A DNA stretch of 64,000 nt from NCBI GenBank assembly GCA_963799845.1, contig CAWCYI010000004.1, positions 1,600,001 through 1,664,000 of the forward strand, read 5' to 3'. Source of the stretch: an uncultured Nitrososphaerota archaeon (lineage in GTDB: Archaea > Thermoproteota > Nitrososphaeria > Nitrososphaerales > CADDZS01). Under the pieces are notes generated by a model. The model had not been told where the DNA came from and ran no database searches. It was given only the letters and a program-made list of their open reading frames with translations. This document shows, piece by piece, positions 30,611 through 41,329 of the stretch. A program made the position numbers and the translations under genes. Positions within the stretch are counted from its first letter, which is position 1; the number at the start of each line of letters is the position of its first letter.

Positions 30611-31393
30611 CTATTCGTAGTACTCTGGAGAATGTTTCAATTTGTTGAACTCACTTTGGTCGTGACCATACAGAAGAGTGCACGTCCGGTGGGTTTTCGC
30701 TTTTGTACTGCGGACGAATTCACCGAGTCTCTCCAGAGATCTCATGTGGGATTTTGCGTCAAGAACTGGACTGCACGGCCACCCGAGGGGGGAAATTGAG
30801 GATTGTCCTGGGAAATTGTCCTTGCTCATGCTGGCATCTCCCGTGACGAGAAATACACCGGATTTCTCGGTCTCGATTGCAACAGACTGATGGCCAGCGG
30901 TGTGGCCCTGAGTGGAAAGGATTGAAACGCCCTTCGCAACCTCGTAATCGCCGTCGATCAACTTCTGAGTTAGACCGACATCAAAACAGGACTTGACGTA
31001 AGTTATCTCGTGAACCTCCGGAACGAGAGCTTCCATCAGTTCCTTTCTCTGAATTATCCAAGTTGCGTTTTTGAAAATTCTGTTGAAGCTGCAGTGATCC
31101 GCGTGGAGATGAGTGTTGATTACAATGTCCACTTCCTCAGGCTTTACTCCGATTCTCGCCAGAGCCCGATCGAGTCTTTGCTCTTCCGTCTGATGGGGAA
31201 CCAGTATCTGTTTTACGAACTCCGGCCAGATTGTAGAATCCATGCCGGTCTCGACGATAATTTTTGCTTCGGGATGATCGATAAAAACGCTCGAGACCTG
31301 CGAGCTGAACGGCTTGCCGATTCCAATCGCGAACGTAACGATGGACTGGTCCTGGACGAACGTACCACCGTCTATGAAATAGACCTTAGTCAT
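30611..31393 (-). CDS. Metallo-beta-lactamase-fold lactonase (AHL lactonase / pyridoxolactonase family)
   Basis: HLHADH, GHTAGH, TGDA, GHD. Confidence 0.9.
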   Translation of the reverse strand: MTKVYFIDGGTFVQDQSIVTFAIGIGKPFSSQVSSVFIDHPEAKIIVETGMDSTIWPEFVKQILVPHQTEEQRLDRALARIGVKPEEVDIVINTHLHADHCSFNRIFKNATWIIQRKELMEALVPEVHEITYVKSCFDVGLTQKLIDGDYEVAKGVSILSTQGHTAGHQSVAIETEKSGVFLVTGDASMSKDNFPGQSSISPLGWPCSPVLDAKSHMRSLERLGEFVRSTKAKTHRTCTLLYGHDQSEFNKLKHSPEYYE

Positions 31394-31473
31394 ATGAACT
31401 TATCACAGAATTCTTCGGATAATTATCTCTTTTCGGACTATATCGACACTAATTTACTTCTGTCTGTTTTAGA

Positions 31474-32490
31474 TTATAGAAATGCTCGGATTACCTCTGT
31501 AAAATTCTTGCCCACTGGGACTACTAGAGGATGCGTTACCCCTGCAGAACGGAATTCTTCAACCCTTCGAAGTACGTCCGATTTCGTCCCAGAAGCTGTT
31601 GTCATCTGGACGATTTGATCAGGGACTAGCTCATTTAGAAGCTCACTCTTTCCACCGTCAACCGCTTTTTTCATTTCCCCAATTGGCAGGTCGAATCCGG
31701 AAGCTTCCATGACCGGCCTCGCACCCGGGTGAATGAAGACCCTCCCCACGAGTTGCTTTGAGATTCTTATCGCCTTACTTCTGTCGGCATCCAAAGATAC
31801 AATTATTCTGGCCGAAAAATCGACGGATCCTTTCTTCCTGCGGTGGCTAGATTCCGACATTTCAATTCTTTTGATTACATCCTTAACATATGGAACAGTG
31901 CAGCAAAGGGTAATGAGAACTCCATCGCAAAGCTGCCCTGCAAGATCCATCATTTTTGGGCCTTGCTGTCCAAGGTAAATTGGAATGTTGTCTTGAATTG
32001 GTTTGAAGTGAAGCTTCACTTTCTCCAACGAATAGAATTCGCCATGAAAGGTGACTGTCTCACCGGATAACAGCAACCGGACGAGCTCAATCATTTCCTT
32101 AATGTGTCCTAAAGGATGGCTGAACTCCTGCCCCGAGAATTCATTTGGAATACCGTGCTCGAGAGAACCGATAACGCCACCAGATCCAAGACCCATGACG
32201 GCTCTTCCTCCAGAAAGCTCGTCAAGCGTCGCGATTGTCATCGCAACAAGACTCGGGTATCGAGTGTAAGGATTTACGACGCCCGTTCCAATTCTGATCT
32301 TTCGTGTAGATTGTGCTATGGCACCCACGATCGAAGGCGCTTCCCGATCGTAATAATGTTCTGGGACAAATACGGAGTAAAATCCGCAATCTTCTGCAAG
32401 TTTCGCGGCAGCTACCATTTCGCTAGCCGAATCAGGGCCTTGAGCAATCACGTAGCTGAGACCAAGAAGCTCCCGGGAAGATTCACTCAT
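31474..32490 (-). CDS. LLM-class (Mer-like, probably F420-dependent) oxidoreductase
   Basis: PEH, GTGVVNPYTR.P, LDELSGGRA..GLG.G, GPKM. Confidence 0.9.
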   Translation of the reverse strand: MSESSRELLGLSYVIAQGPDSASEMVAAAKLAEDCGFYSVFVPEHYYDREAPSIVGAIAQSTRKIRIGTGVVNPYTRYPSLVAMTIATLDELSGGRAVMGLGSGGVIGSLEHGIPNEFSGQEFSHPLGHIKEMIELVRLLLSGETVTFHGEFYSLEKVKLHFKPIQDNIPIYLGQQGPKMMDLAGQLCDGVLITLCCTVPYVKDVIKRIEMSESSHRRKKGSVDFSARIIVSLDADRSKAIRISKQLVGRVFIHPGARPVMEASGFDLPIGEMKKAVDGGKSELLNELVPDQIVQMTTASGTKSDVLRRVEEFRSAGVTHPLVVPVGKNFTEVIRAFL

Positions 32491-32731
32491 TTTCCGAAAC
32501 TTTTCAAGAGTGCCATCAATAATAAATCCACCTACCGGAGCTTGAAAATTTACTGCCTCTGAAACAAGACTGTGGAGGATTGCTATTTGCTCATCTTGGC
32601 CTTCGGGCTTCGTCTAGAACGGCTTTTTTATTCGTTCTGCCAACAATCACGCAAACCTGCCAAGATGCTCTAGAATGCGATTCTCTTTTGCGCTTAGTGC
32701 AGGACGATAAGGTTTTGTAAGTGGGAACTGC

Positions 32732-34099
32732 CTAATCTTGCTTATTGCGTCTCTTCAAAGAAACATATTCATGAATTTGCTTTGCTGCTATCCGTGAATC
32801 TCCTAGAGCTTTCACAACAGTGGCTCTTCCCCCAAAATTTGTAGCATCTCCGCCAGCAAAGACCCCGTCCTTCGAAGTTCGACAAAGCTGATCCACCGCA
32901 ATAGAATTATTTGAATTCAACCTAAGACCCATTCTAGACAACAATCCCACATTAGGAACTTGTCCAACAGCGACGAGGACGATGTCCGCTTCAATGACAA
33001 ATTCTGTGCCCCCAAGGGTTTTCAGACCGGATGTCAATTTCACACATTCGACGCCAATTACACTTCGATCACCGATTATCCGGATTGGCATTGAACTATA
33101 GTAGAAATCTACATTTTCTTCTTCTGCAAATTTTGTTTCAACCGAGTACGCGGGCATTTCAGTCTTAGCTCGTCGGTAAATCAAAGATACTTTTTCGGCT
33201 TGCAGTCTTAGAGCGGTCGAGACGGCATCCATAGCCGTGTCTCCACCTCCAATGACCAGCACTTTCTTTCCTTTGTAGCTAGGAAGCGGCTTGTTTCTAG
33301 ATACTCTATCAATAACATCCTCCACCAATGGTAGTGCAGGGAATACTCCCTCCAGGCCTTCGCCCTCTATTTCCAACTTCTTAGGAATCCTCATTCCAGT
33401 TCCGAGGAAAATTGCATCAAATCCCGAGGAAAAAAGTCCATCGAGATTATCTATATTGTGCTCTGTTAAGAATTTGACTCCAAGTCTCTCAATGCACTGA
33501 ATATCGAATTCTGCAACAGCTGTCGGAAGTCTGGTCGTCATAATCCCAGTTCGAACCAGGCCACCTACTGTTTTCCTCGCTTCGAATACAGTGACTTCAT
33601 ACCCCATCTTCGCTAGATCAGCTGCAACTCCAAGCCCAGCAGGACCGCTTCCAATTATAGCGATTCTACAAGCAGCCTTTTGCATGTCCTGAAATTCTGG
33701 CAGCCCCATTTTTTCAATCTGATAATCAGCCACAAATCTTTGGAGCAATCCGATCGAAACTGGACCGGCTTTCTCGTGCCAGACGCAAGAACCTTCGCAC
33801 AGTATTTCAACTGGGCAAACTCTGGCACAAACATTCGGAAGATTATTTGTGAGACGGATGACCTTGATTGCTCCTTCAAAGTCACACGTTCGTATTCTGT
33901 CAATGAATCTAGGGATGTCTATCTCCGTCGGACAGGCCTTAACACAAGGAGCATCTTGACACAGTACGCATCTTGAAGCTTCTAACACAGCCTCTTGTTG
34001 AGTGTAGCTCTTTGTGATCTCGTCAAAGTTTTTCACTCGGTCTTCAGGAAGAAGAATTTTTTCTTGAGTTCTCCTAAGTTGGATGAGGGAGTCCATCAA
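32732..34099 (-). CDS. GltD/PreT-like NAD(P)H-dependent FAD/Fe-S oxidoreductase subunit
   Basis: RCVLCQDAPCVKACP, CARVCP..LCEGSC, GSGPAG, GGGDTAMD, YRR, FAGGD. Confidence 0.92.
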   Translation of the reverse strand: MMDSLIQLRRTQEKILLPEDRVKNFDEITKSYTQQEAVLEASRCVLCQDAPCVKACPTEIDIPRFIDRIRTCDFEGAIKVIRLTNNLPNVCARVCPVEILCEGSCVWHEKAGPVSIGLLQRFVADYQIEKMGLPEFQDMQKAACRIAIIGSGPAGLGVAADLAKMGYEVTVFEARKTVGGLVRTGIMTTRLPTAVAEFDIQCIERLGVKFLTEHNIDNLDGLFSSGFDAIFLGTGMRIPKKLEIEGEGLEGVFPALPLVEDVIDRVSRNKPLPSYKGKKVLVIGGGDTAMDAVSTALRLQAEKVSLIYRRAKTEMPAYSVETKFAEEENVDFYYSSMPIRIIGDRSVIGVECVKLTSGLKTLGGTEFVIEADIVLVAVGQVPNVGLLSRMGLRLNSNNSIAVDQLCRTSKDGVFAGGDATNFGGRATVVKALGDSRIAAKQIHEYVSLKRRNKQD

Positions 34100-35842
34100 C
34101 GGTCTCTTCTTATCACTTCGAGTCCGAAATCATCCTCAATTGAATAATCAGGTTCCTCGTATGTGAGCTTGACAGGTCTGACGTCAGAATTCATTCGTTC
34201 ATCTTCCATCTTTTGTATGAAGATATTCTTTAGCCAATTCTTGTCGTCCCTATACCGGCTGTCCAGCCTGAAATGCGGTCCTCTACTTTCTTTTCGCATT
34301 TTAGCAGACTTGACTACCATATTACCCAAAGTCATCATGAATATGATCTCAAACGCATATCTCAAAGATCGCGAATCAATTGCCATTAAGTTTGGCAAAG
34401 TTTTTTCACTCATTAAATCTAATCCAGACTGGGCCCTTGCAAGTGATTCTTCGCTACGCAAGATTCCGGCATTTTCCCACATGATCTCTTTCAGCTTCAG
34501 CTTCGCGTCCTGCTGAGGAATTGGATTTGTTTTCTTTTTTAGCAAGCCATCTATTTGCTCTTGTTTTTCCTCGACGTCATCGAAGGTCAAGTTTGGCATT
34601 CCGATTTTTTTTGCCCTTTCCGCCGCGGCCTTGCCGGCTCTCGGACCGAAGACTATTCCATCGGCAAGACCATGTCCACCCAGACGGGAGGCTCCATGAA
34701 CACCTCCTGTGACCATCCCGCAAGCATATAATCCTGGAAGATCAGTTTCGCAGTTCGAGTTGATTTTAACCCCGCCCAAAAATGAGATGCATCCCGGAAA
34801 CACGTGAAGCATTTTCTTCTTAACATCAAACCCTCGCAACAATGCTCTTCTGGTGTAGACAGACGCGATGTCTGCCGACCACTTTTCGTCGGGAACCACA
34901 GTGAGATCAAAGAGGTACAGCGCCTTGGTCGCCCCGTCCTTCGTGCACTTCCATTGCCATCGCCCTGGATACTAGTTCCCGAGTATCGGTCAGATGTTTT
35001 CCATATCGTTTGTGAAATGGGTCGCTTTCTGCTCCAATTCGTCGGAGGTAGTTATCCAAGAAAGGTTCTCCTCGGCTGTTTCTCAGGATGCCATAAAATT
35101 CCGCCTCGCTTTCGTGTCTATCCATCATCGGCAGACCCCTCTCTGCCATTACAAATGGCTCGAACATTACGAACTCCATATCGAGCATCGAAGCTCCGGC
35201 TTCATAAGCTAGAACGTAACCGTCACCAGTAGTGTTAGCAGTAGTATCGTTTCTGAGATACAGCTCTCCGCCTTCGCCAGCAGCCAGTATCGTGGATTTT
35301 GCAGCGAATAAGATCAAATCATCCTCAAAAATATCAATCCCCAACGCTCCAACAACCGCATTTCCATGCTTGACAAGCTGTATTATCATAGTTCCCTCCT
35401 TAGTCATCACACCAGTTTTCTTGGCAGTATCAATTAGGGGCTTCATGAGCCCGTGTCCGTGCGGATAAGGTGTGTAGTGATAGATCTCTCCCACATGCTC
35501 TACTCCGAACTTTTCGAGCTCCATAATTCTCTCAGGAGCGTCAAAGCAAAGGACTTTGGCTAGCTCCTGATCATTCAAGTATTCACCATGAATCAAGGTT
35601 CGGTTGAACGCAACTTTGGGATCTGGAAACTGCCCGGTGTAATACGTCGTGAGTGCGGGAAGCGCTGCCTTAATTCCGCCTCCTGAGAATCTGGAAGCAT
35701 TGTTAAGACCGATTAGAGCCTTGTCTACAACAAGAACGGAGACACCTTCTGCCTGAGCCTCGATCGCGGCCCTCATTCCTCCCACACCGCTTCCGATAAC
35801 CAACACGTCTGTAGGTACTATCCGCAGATTCCTGAAAACCAT
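34096..35842 (-). CDS. SdhA/FrdA/NadB/AprA-superfamily flavoprotein; frameshift near 34905
   Basis: DVLVIGSGVGG, TGDG, DMEFV.FEP, GLYACG..TGGVHGASRLGG, RKESRGPHFR. Confidence 0.9.
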
Positions 35843-35902
35843 GATCTGGAACTTGCGAATGTAAATTCCATATATATCCGTTCTAGGAAATAATTCGACA
35901 AA

Positions 35903-36172
35903 ATGGAAACATTGTCAAATCAACTCCGATTCAATCTAGAGATTCTAGAGTCAAAATGTGTCGGATGCGCTCAATGTGTTGAGGTCTGCCCCATTCCATG
36001 TTACGCAATGGATGAAAAGAGGAGTCGAGCCGTTGTGATCAATGTTGACGGATGTATTGTTTGTCGAAGTTGCGAAGACGTTTGTCCAACAGATGCCGTT
36101 TTTGTCGCGCTAGAGAACCGGGACTGGGCCCGGTTGGAAAAGACTAAACAAACTAGCGCAAAAAGAAATTGA
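35903..36172 (+). CDS. 2x[4Fe-4S] ferredoxin
   Basis: CVGCAQCVEVCP and CIVCRSCEDVCP. Confidence 0.92.
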   Translation: METLSNQLRFNLEILESKCVGCAQCVEVCPIPCYAMDEKRSRAVVINVDGCIVCRSCEDVCPTDAVFVALENRDWARLEKTKQTSAKRN

Positions 36173-36402
36173 TTGTGATTGTAGAAAAGAAGAAAGATGA
36201 ACGTGAAGCCAATGAGAAGCTTGGTGATAGGGTTTTTCGAAAATATGTAGAAGCTAACCAACTGTTCTATTTCTTCTATCCCTCTCTAAAGAGCATATTT
36301 GCTTCAATGGAGAAATCTCCAAAGCTTGAAGTGAATATATATAGTACAATCAATAACATAGCCGAAATACCAAACCCCCAACCACGAATTTCAGAGTTTT
36401 AG
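36169..36402 (+). CDS. Hypothetical protein
   Basis: 77-aa ORF overlapping the ferredoxin stop (TTGA coupling). Confidence 0.3.
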   Translation: MIVIVEKKKDEREANEKLGDRVFRKYVEANQLFYFFYPSLKSIFASMEKSPKLEVNIYSTINNIAEIPNPQPRISEF

Positions 36403-36493
36403 TCTTCAATAATTATTGGTGTTTTACTAAAAAAGATCAGAAACAACAACCAAGAAATAATCTATTAATCAGACAAACTAAATCCCAACCGCC

Positions 36494-36751
36494 ATGAAAT
36501 ACCGTATCGACGCTAATCCAAAATATCAAAGGTTATGAGGCCATCATTTACAGAGACATTCCGGAATCAGAACAATCGAAAAGCACAACAATTGGAATGA
36601 GAAAATTATTTTCAATAGAGAACGCTTATCTCAAAATCAAAGAAGAAATAAAAGACCAAAGTGCCTTTCAGATTCATCGAATCGAAGAAGTACCAGCCCA
36701 AGAAGTGACCTGCGTCCAAATTAGGTTAACAGTCCCAAGCTCAGGTCGATA
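36494..36751 (+). CDS. Small hypothetical protein with probable indel near 36510
   Basis: MKYRI/TLIQNIKGYEAIIYRDIPESEQ...VPSSGR; AT-rich. Confidence 0.35.
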
Positions 36752-36855
36752 GCCTCTCGTGAATTCTTGATCGCTTCCAAGCCAGCTCCCCTTTTGCTGG
36801 AAATATGTGCTGTGCTTTCGAGCAGTCTTTCGACCGACGAACAGTTTTGATCTGC

Positions 36856-38028
36856 TCAGATTATCCCATGTCTGCGAAGCTCTTCAATTTGGTTGTCATT
36901 GTAACCGATCTTGTGAAGAACCTCTTCCGTGTGCTGGCCTAGGGTCGGAGGACCCTTGCTCTCTTTTCCAGAAAAGTTAAGTGATCTAAGAGGACTATTT
37001 ACGGCTAGAAATTTTCCAACGCCGGAATAGCTTGTCTCGGTGATCGTTTCTCTGAGAGTTAGGGAGGGATCATTCATTATCATATCGATGGTATTTACCG
37101 GCGCGCAGGGTATCCCCGCCAAAACCAATTTTTCCAAAAGCAACTCCCGTTCCCAGCTCTCTGTTACCTTTTCTATTATCGCAGCCAATTCTTTCATGTT
37201 GCGCACCCGAGCCGCATTTGTAGAATATCTATCCTCTCCAGCAAGCCCAGATAAGCCTAGAATCTGGCATAATTTCTTCCAGAATTCGTCATTTGATGCG
37301 CCTATGAAGACATAAGTTTCATTTCTAGTTTTGAACACCTGATAAGGCGCAAGAGCTGGCCATTCATTTCCCATCCTGATAGGAACTTTGCCTGTTATCG
37401 AACAGTAAGCGACCCAGTAATTCACAAGGCTCAGGGCAGAGTCAAATAGTGAGATGTCTATAAATCGCCCTTCTCCACTTTTCTCTCTTTCAAATAAAGC
37501 AAGTAATATCCCGCTGAGTGCATAAACACCTGCAGTCAGATCGACGATTGAAGTTCCCACCCGCATTGGTGGTCTATCCGGATCTCCCGTTATAGTCATC
37601 AAACCGGACATCGCCTGCAAAGCAGCATCCCAAGCTGGGCGATCTCTGTTTGAAGTGTCCTTTCCAAAACCGGAAATGGAGCAATAGATTATCCGGGGAT
37701 TTACTCTTCTAAGCTCGCTATAGCCGAGGCTGAGTTTTTCCATGAGGCCTGGGGCAAAGTTTTCTACGAAGATATCGCTTTCCCCTGCCAGTTTCAACAG
37801 AATTTCTTTGCCTCTCTCTGTTTTCAGGTTGAGTGTTACACTTTTCTTATTCCTGTTTTCAGTGACGAATACAGCACTCCCGAAGAATGGATACGTTCGT
37901 GAAGTGTCTCCGCCTTCAGGATTCTCTATTTTGATGACTTCAGCACCAAGACTAGCGAGAAGCTCGGTGGCCCAAGGCCCAGCAATCTGGTGAGTTACAT
38001 CGAGACACTTTATTCCATTGAGGCTCAT
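36856..38028 (-). CDS. Family III CoA-transferase (CaiB/BbsF/Frc)
   Basis: AGP, LGAEVIKIE.P.GGD, NRNKKSV, ENFAPG, ISGFG, D.ALQAMSG, PTLGQHT. Confidence 0.95.
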   Translation of the reverse strand: MSLNGIKCLDVTHQIAGPWATELLASLGAEVIKIENPEGGDTSRTYPFFGSAVFVTENRNKKSVTLNLKTERGKEILLKLAGESDIFVENFAPGLMEKLSLGYSELRRVNPRIIYCSISGFGKDTSNRDRPAWDAALQAMSGLMTITGDPDRPPMRVGTSIVDLTAGVYALSGILLALFEREKSGEGRFIDISLFDSALSLVNYWVAYCSITGKVPIRMGNEWPALAPYQVFKTRNETYVFIGASNDEFWKKLCQILGLSGLAGEDRYSTNAARVRNMKELAAIIEKVTESWERELLLEKLVLAGIPCAPVNTIDMIMNDPSLTLRETITETSYSGVGKFLAVNSPLRSLNFSGKESKGPPTLGQHTEEVLHKIGYNDNQIEELRRHGII

Positions 38029-38181
38029 GTTTTCATGTCGGCAAGTTTCCTAGAATTATAGTTTGAGCATTTACCTGATCGTGGTTCCCATTAGAACGGG
38101 GATTTTGAACCGAGTTATCCCAATCTCGCCAGCAATTTTGGCAAGCAATGATCTCAGCCTTAAATAAGAAAACTCGAAAAA

Positions 38182-39240
38182 ATGCAAACTGTTGACTCGC
38201 TAGCTTTGAAGTTCGGAATCAGTCTCATGGGTGTTTACGACACTCCAAACTACCTTGATGATACGACCCGTTTTGTCAAATTCATCGAGCAGAAGGGGTT
38301 TGATCAGGTTTGGGTCGGAGATTCCCAGCTAATCCACAGAGACGCCTACACAGAACTCGCACGGTGGGCTATGAACACGAATCGAATCAAGATAGGCCCA
38401 CTTGTAACAAATCCTGCGACAAGGCATCCTTCGGTGACAGCTTCCGCGATCTGTTCCATCGACGAGATATCAAACGGAAGAGCTCTTCTGGCAATCGGGA
38501 CCGGCGAAACTGCAGTGAGGAGAGTAGGTATCAAGACGAGACCGGTCCACGAGCTTGAAAGCGCTATCAATACTATACGAACGCTTTGCTTAGGGCAGGA
38601 GGTGGATTTTGGAGGAACCTCGATGGGGATTCGATGGAATAAAGGAAGGAATATTCCGATCTACGTAACGGGAAGTGGTCCTAAGGTTCTGAAGCTTGCA
38701 GGAAGAGTTGGCGACGGTGCAATAATCAATACCGGCGCAACTGAAGAAACTGTGAAATTCAGCATTGAGAAAGTAAAACAAGGACTCAGCGAGGCAAATC
38801 GAAATCCAAAGGATGTCGAAATTGCCCTGTTCCTGTTCGCTTCGGTAGCAGACGACAGACGACTAGCAATCGAGGAAGCAAAGCCGTTCGCCACGTGGTT
38901 CTTTGTGAACTTACCCAATCACCCTTCAGTTGCAAGTGAGCGACTATCTCCCAACGCCAGGGAAGCTTTCGAAGAATACCGCAAGCACTACTACAAGTAC
39001 GACGAAGAAGTCAGTCATCACGCGCCACGCTGGGATAACGCTTCTTCAAATGCTTCTTTCTTGGACGATGAAATCGTGAGAAAGTTTACTCTTGCTGGAA
39101 ATCCGGAAGATGCCATTCATCAATTGAAAGAACTCGAGAGGCTGGGAATAGAATCTTACATTTTTCGAGTCGGCTATTCCGAAAATTTCGAGAGGCAATT
39201 GCAGCTAATTGCAGAACACATCATTCCGCAATTTCGATGA
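38182..39240 (+). CDS. LLM-class (Mer-like) oxidoreductase
   Basis: WVGDSQL, VTNPATRHP, GRA.LAIGTG, GPKVL.LAG.VGDG. Confidence 0.9.
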   Translation: MQTVDSLALKFGISLMGVYDTPNYLDDTTRFVKFIEQKGFDQVWVGDSQLIHRDAYTELARWAMNTNRIKIGPLVTNPATRHPSVTASAICSIDEISNGRALLAIGTGETAVRRVGIKTRPVHELESAINTIRTLCLGQEVDFGGTSMGIRWNKGRNIPIYVTGSGPKVLKLAGRVGDGAIINTGATEETVKFSIEKVKQGLSEANRNPKDVEIALFLFASVADDRRLAIEEAKPFATWFFVNLPNHPSVASERLSPNAREAFEEYRKHYYKYDEEVSHHAPRWDNASSNASFLDDEIVRKFTLAGNPEDAIHQLKELERLGIESYIFRVGYSENFERQLQLIAEHIIPQFR

Positions 39241-39283
39241 TGGCCATAAATGCTGCGGCCTCAACGACTGTATTATCTCTTCC

Positions 39284-40061
39284 TCAATTGTGGTGTTGGC
39301 TTCCCTTGTCAGGTTTCAGGTCCATCTTGAGCGCATAAATCGAGTTCACTACAGCCTTTTCGAAAAATCTACGGGCATAGTCCTTAGTCGCCCCGTGAGG
39401 GTCACCACCTGCTCCGGTGTCTGTAAAGTCTTCCCAGTATCTTGCCCCCCACCAGCTTCTGGTGATCTTTAATGGCTTAAGGTGCGGCACTCTCAACCTT
39501 TCACGCCTCACCAAATCCGGTCTAACTTGAGAAAGCAGAGCTGTTTCTGAGTCGCCCGCATGATTCACTCGCATCGGCGCGAGTTTCTCTGCGATACCGG
39601 ATTTCTTCGGATAAGTCGCCATAAGATGACCAGTTTAGGAGGTGGGTTTGAAGCTCGACATCTCTCTCGATACGGTCAGCGGCCAACTGCAAGACCGGAT
39701 TGTTGCCACCGTGGGCGTTGATTATGAGAAATCTTCTCGCACCATGTCTCTTCAGTGACCGAGCTATGTCGAGAAGCACGCTCTCAAGCGTGTGAGGATG
39801 AAGCGTAATTGTCCCTGGGAAGTTTTGGTGCTCCTCGGAATATCCCAGCCACAGTGTGGGTAAAAGAATAATTTTGATACCTTTTGTTTCCGCTTCTTCG
39901 ACTAATCTCTTAGCAAAATATTCGCCGACTATGGAATCTGTGAGTAGCGGAAGGTGAGGCGCGTGTTGCTCGATGGATCCTGTGACAAGTGCTACGAAAT
40001 CGGATTTCTTGTACGTCCTATTCGCTTCCTCCCAAGTCATCTCCCCAGGTAAGTATTGCAA
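39284..40061 (-). CDS. Creatininase/creatinine amidohydrolase family; frameshift near 39600
   Basis: GSIEQHAPHLPL.TD, EH..FPGT, NAHGGN, HAG..ET, GDP. Confidence 0.9.
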
Positions 40062-40138
40062 CGAATTTGGGCAACCGGACTCGAAACATGTATGCTATTC
40101 GGTTTAGAAATCAGAGTCTCAAGTTAAAGACTCTACGA

Positions 40139-40836
40139 TCAAGAAGAAAGTAACCTTCCGAACCCCTGCACCTTTGCAGTCGACTTCATCTTTTTGAGGC
40201 AAGCCCACATGGCCGCTTGGTTACTCGTGATCACAGTTACGCCGAGTTTCTTTTCAAGATCTGATATGATTTCAACGACCCTAATGCCGGCGCAACTTAT
40301 GAAGAGTCCATCCGAGTTTTCTGCAAAATTATCCAAAGAATAATCGTACCAGAATGATGGTTTTCTCAGGGCTTGTTCGAACGGATCGGTTATGTTCGCC
40401 CCTAAACTCTTGATCACTTCTATACCGTTGTCCCTAAGATACTTGACCTCCATTTCTGTAATCATCTTTGGATATGCCGTGACGAGAGAGATCTTTTCAC
40501 TCCAAGATGTTCGAGTGCCATCAGCACTCCCGTAGCAGTCGTCATTGAAGGGATGCCAGTTTTTGCTTCCATCTTGTCTATGAGCTTCTTGTCATATCCA
40601 TGGCCTCTGACGAGGCTCCCAGTCGTGCAGTTGAATAATATGAGGTCCACGCCGGCCTGTGATAGGAGATCTGCGGCATCTTCGAGATGGTTTTCCATCT
40701 CGAGAAGCTGGGATATCTCTTCACTTGTGAAACTTATCCGCGTGACGTGAACTTCGACACCTTCGGGGGCGAGCTTTTCAAATTCCTTCTCGCTTCGACC
40801 TGCCGCGGGATAAATCATTCCGATTCTTAGTGTCAT
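40139..40836 (-). CDS. Maleate isomerase / arylmalonate decarboxylase (Asp/Glu racemase superfamily); frameshift near 40490
   Basis: Two catalytic Cys (NCTTGS, ISCAG), VITSNQA. Confidence 0.88.
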
Positions 40837-40851
40837 CCTATGAGCCGACCG

Positions 40852-41259
40852 TTACTTCGATATTTGTTGGTTTTGCGCTTCTTTCTCTTCTTCTTTGGAA
40901 ATAGCGTACATGGAGTTAGGTCCGACCACCGCTAGGATAACCAGTGAAACGTTCAACAGATTTTGGACGAAATGTTTCTTGTTTGGCGGAACATATGCTA
41001 GAGAACCCTCACCAATTTCACGTACTTCCGAGCCAATGCCGATTCTTGCCTTGCCTTTTACAATAAAATAAGCGTGATCCCATGGATGGAAGTGTTCCTC
41101 GGCATATCCTCCCGGCTCAATCACGCTGTAAGTGATTTTGTAATTCGTTGACGGCGGAGTGTCGAGTAGAATTTTAGATTCCGAAAAGCCGACATGATCT
41201 GAATTGGGAACATAACTGGGTGCCGATTGCAATTCCCTGAATAGTTCCATTTTTCCCAA
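40852..41259 (-). CDS. Cupin-domain protein
   Basis: HFHPWDH, VPPNKKH. Confidence 0.85.
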   Translation of the reverse strand: MGKMELFRELQSAPSYVPNSDHVGFSESKILLDTPPSTNYKITYSVIEPGGYAEEHFHPWDHAYFIVKGKARIGIGSEVREIGEGSLAYVPPNKKHFVQNLLNVSLVILAVVGPNSMYAISKEEEKEAQNQQISK

Positions 41260-41329
41260 GTTCGCTTGATTTTTATTCCACTATGAATTTTTCGATGACC
41301 TTGTCTACCTCATTTTCAGTCAAGAGAAT

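Noticed and set aside
34096-35842. Respiratory succinate dehydrogenase sdhA
   Set aside because: No sdhB/C/D and no covalent-FAD His motif
28516-40061. Mycofactocin cluster (OYE, creatininase-like MftE, LLMs)
   Set aside because: No radical SAM MftC, MftB or IDGxCGVY precursor peptide seen
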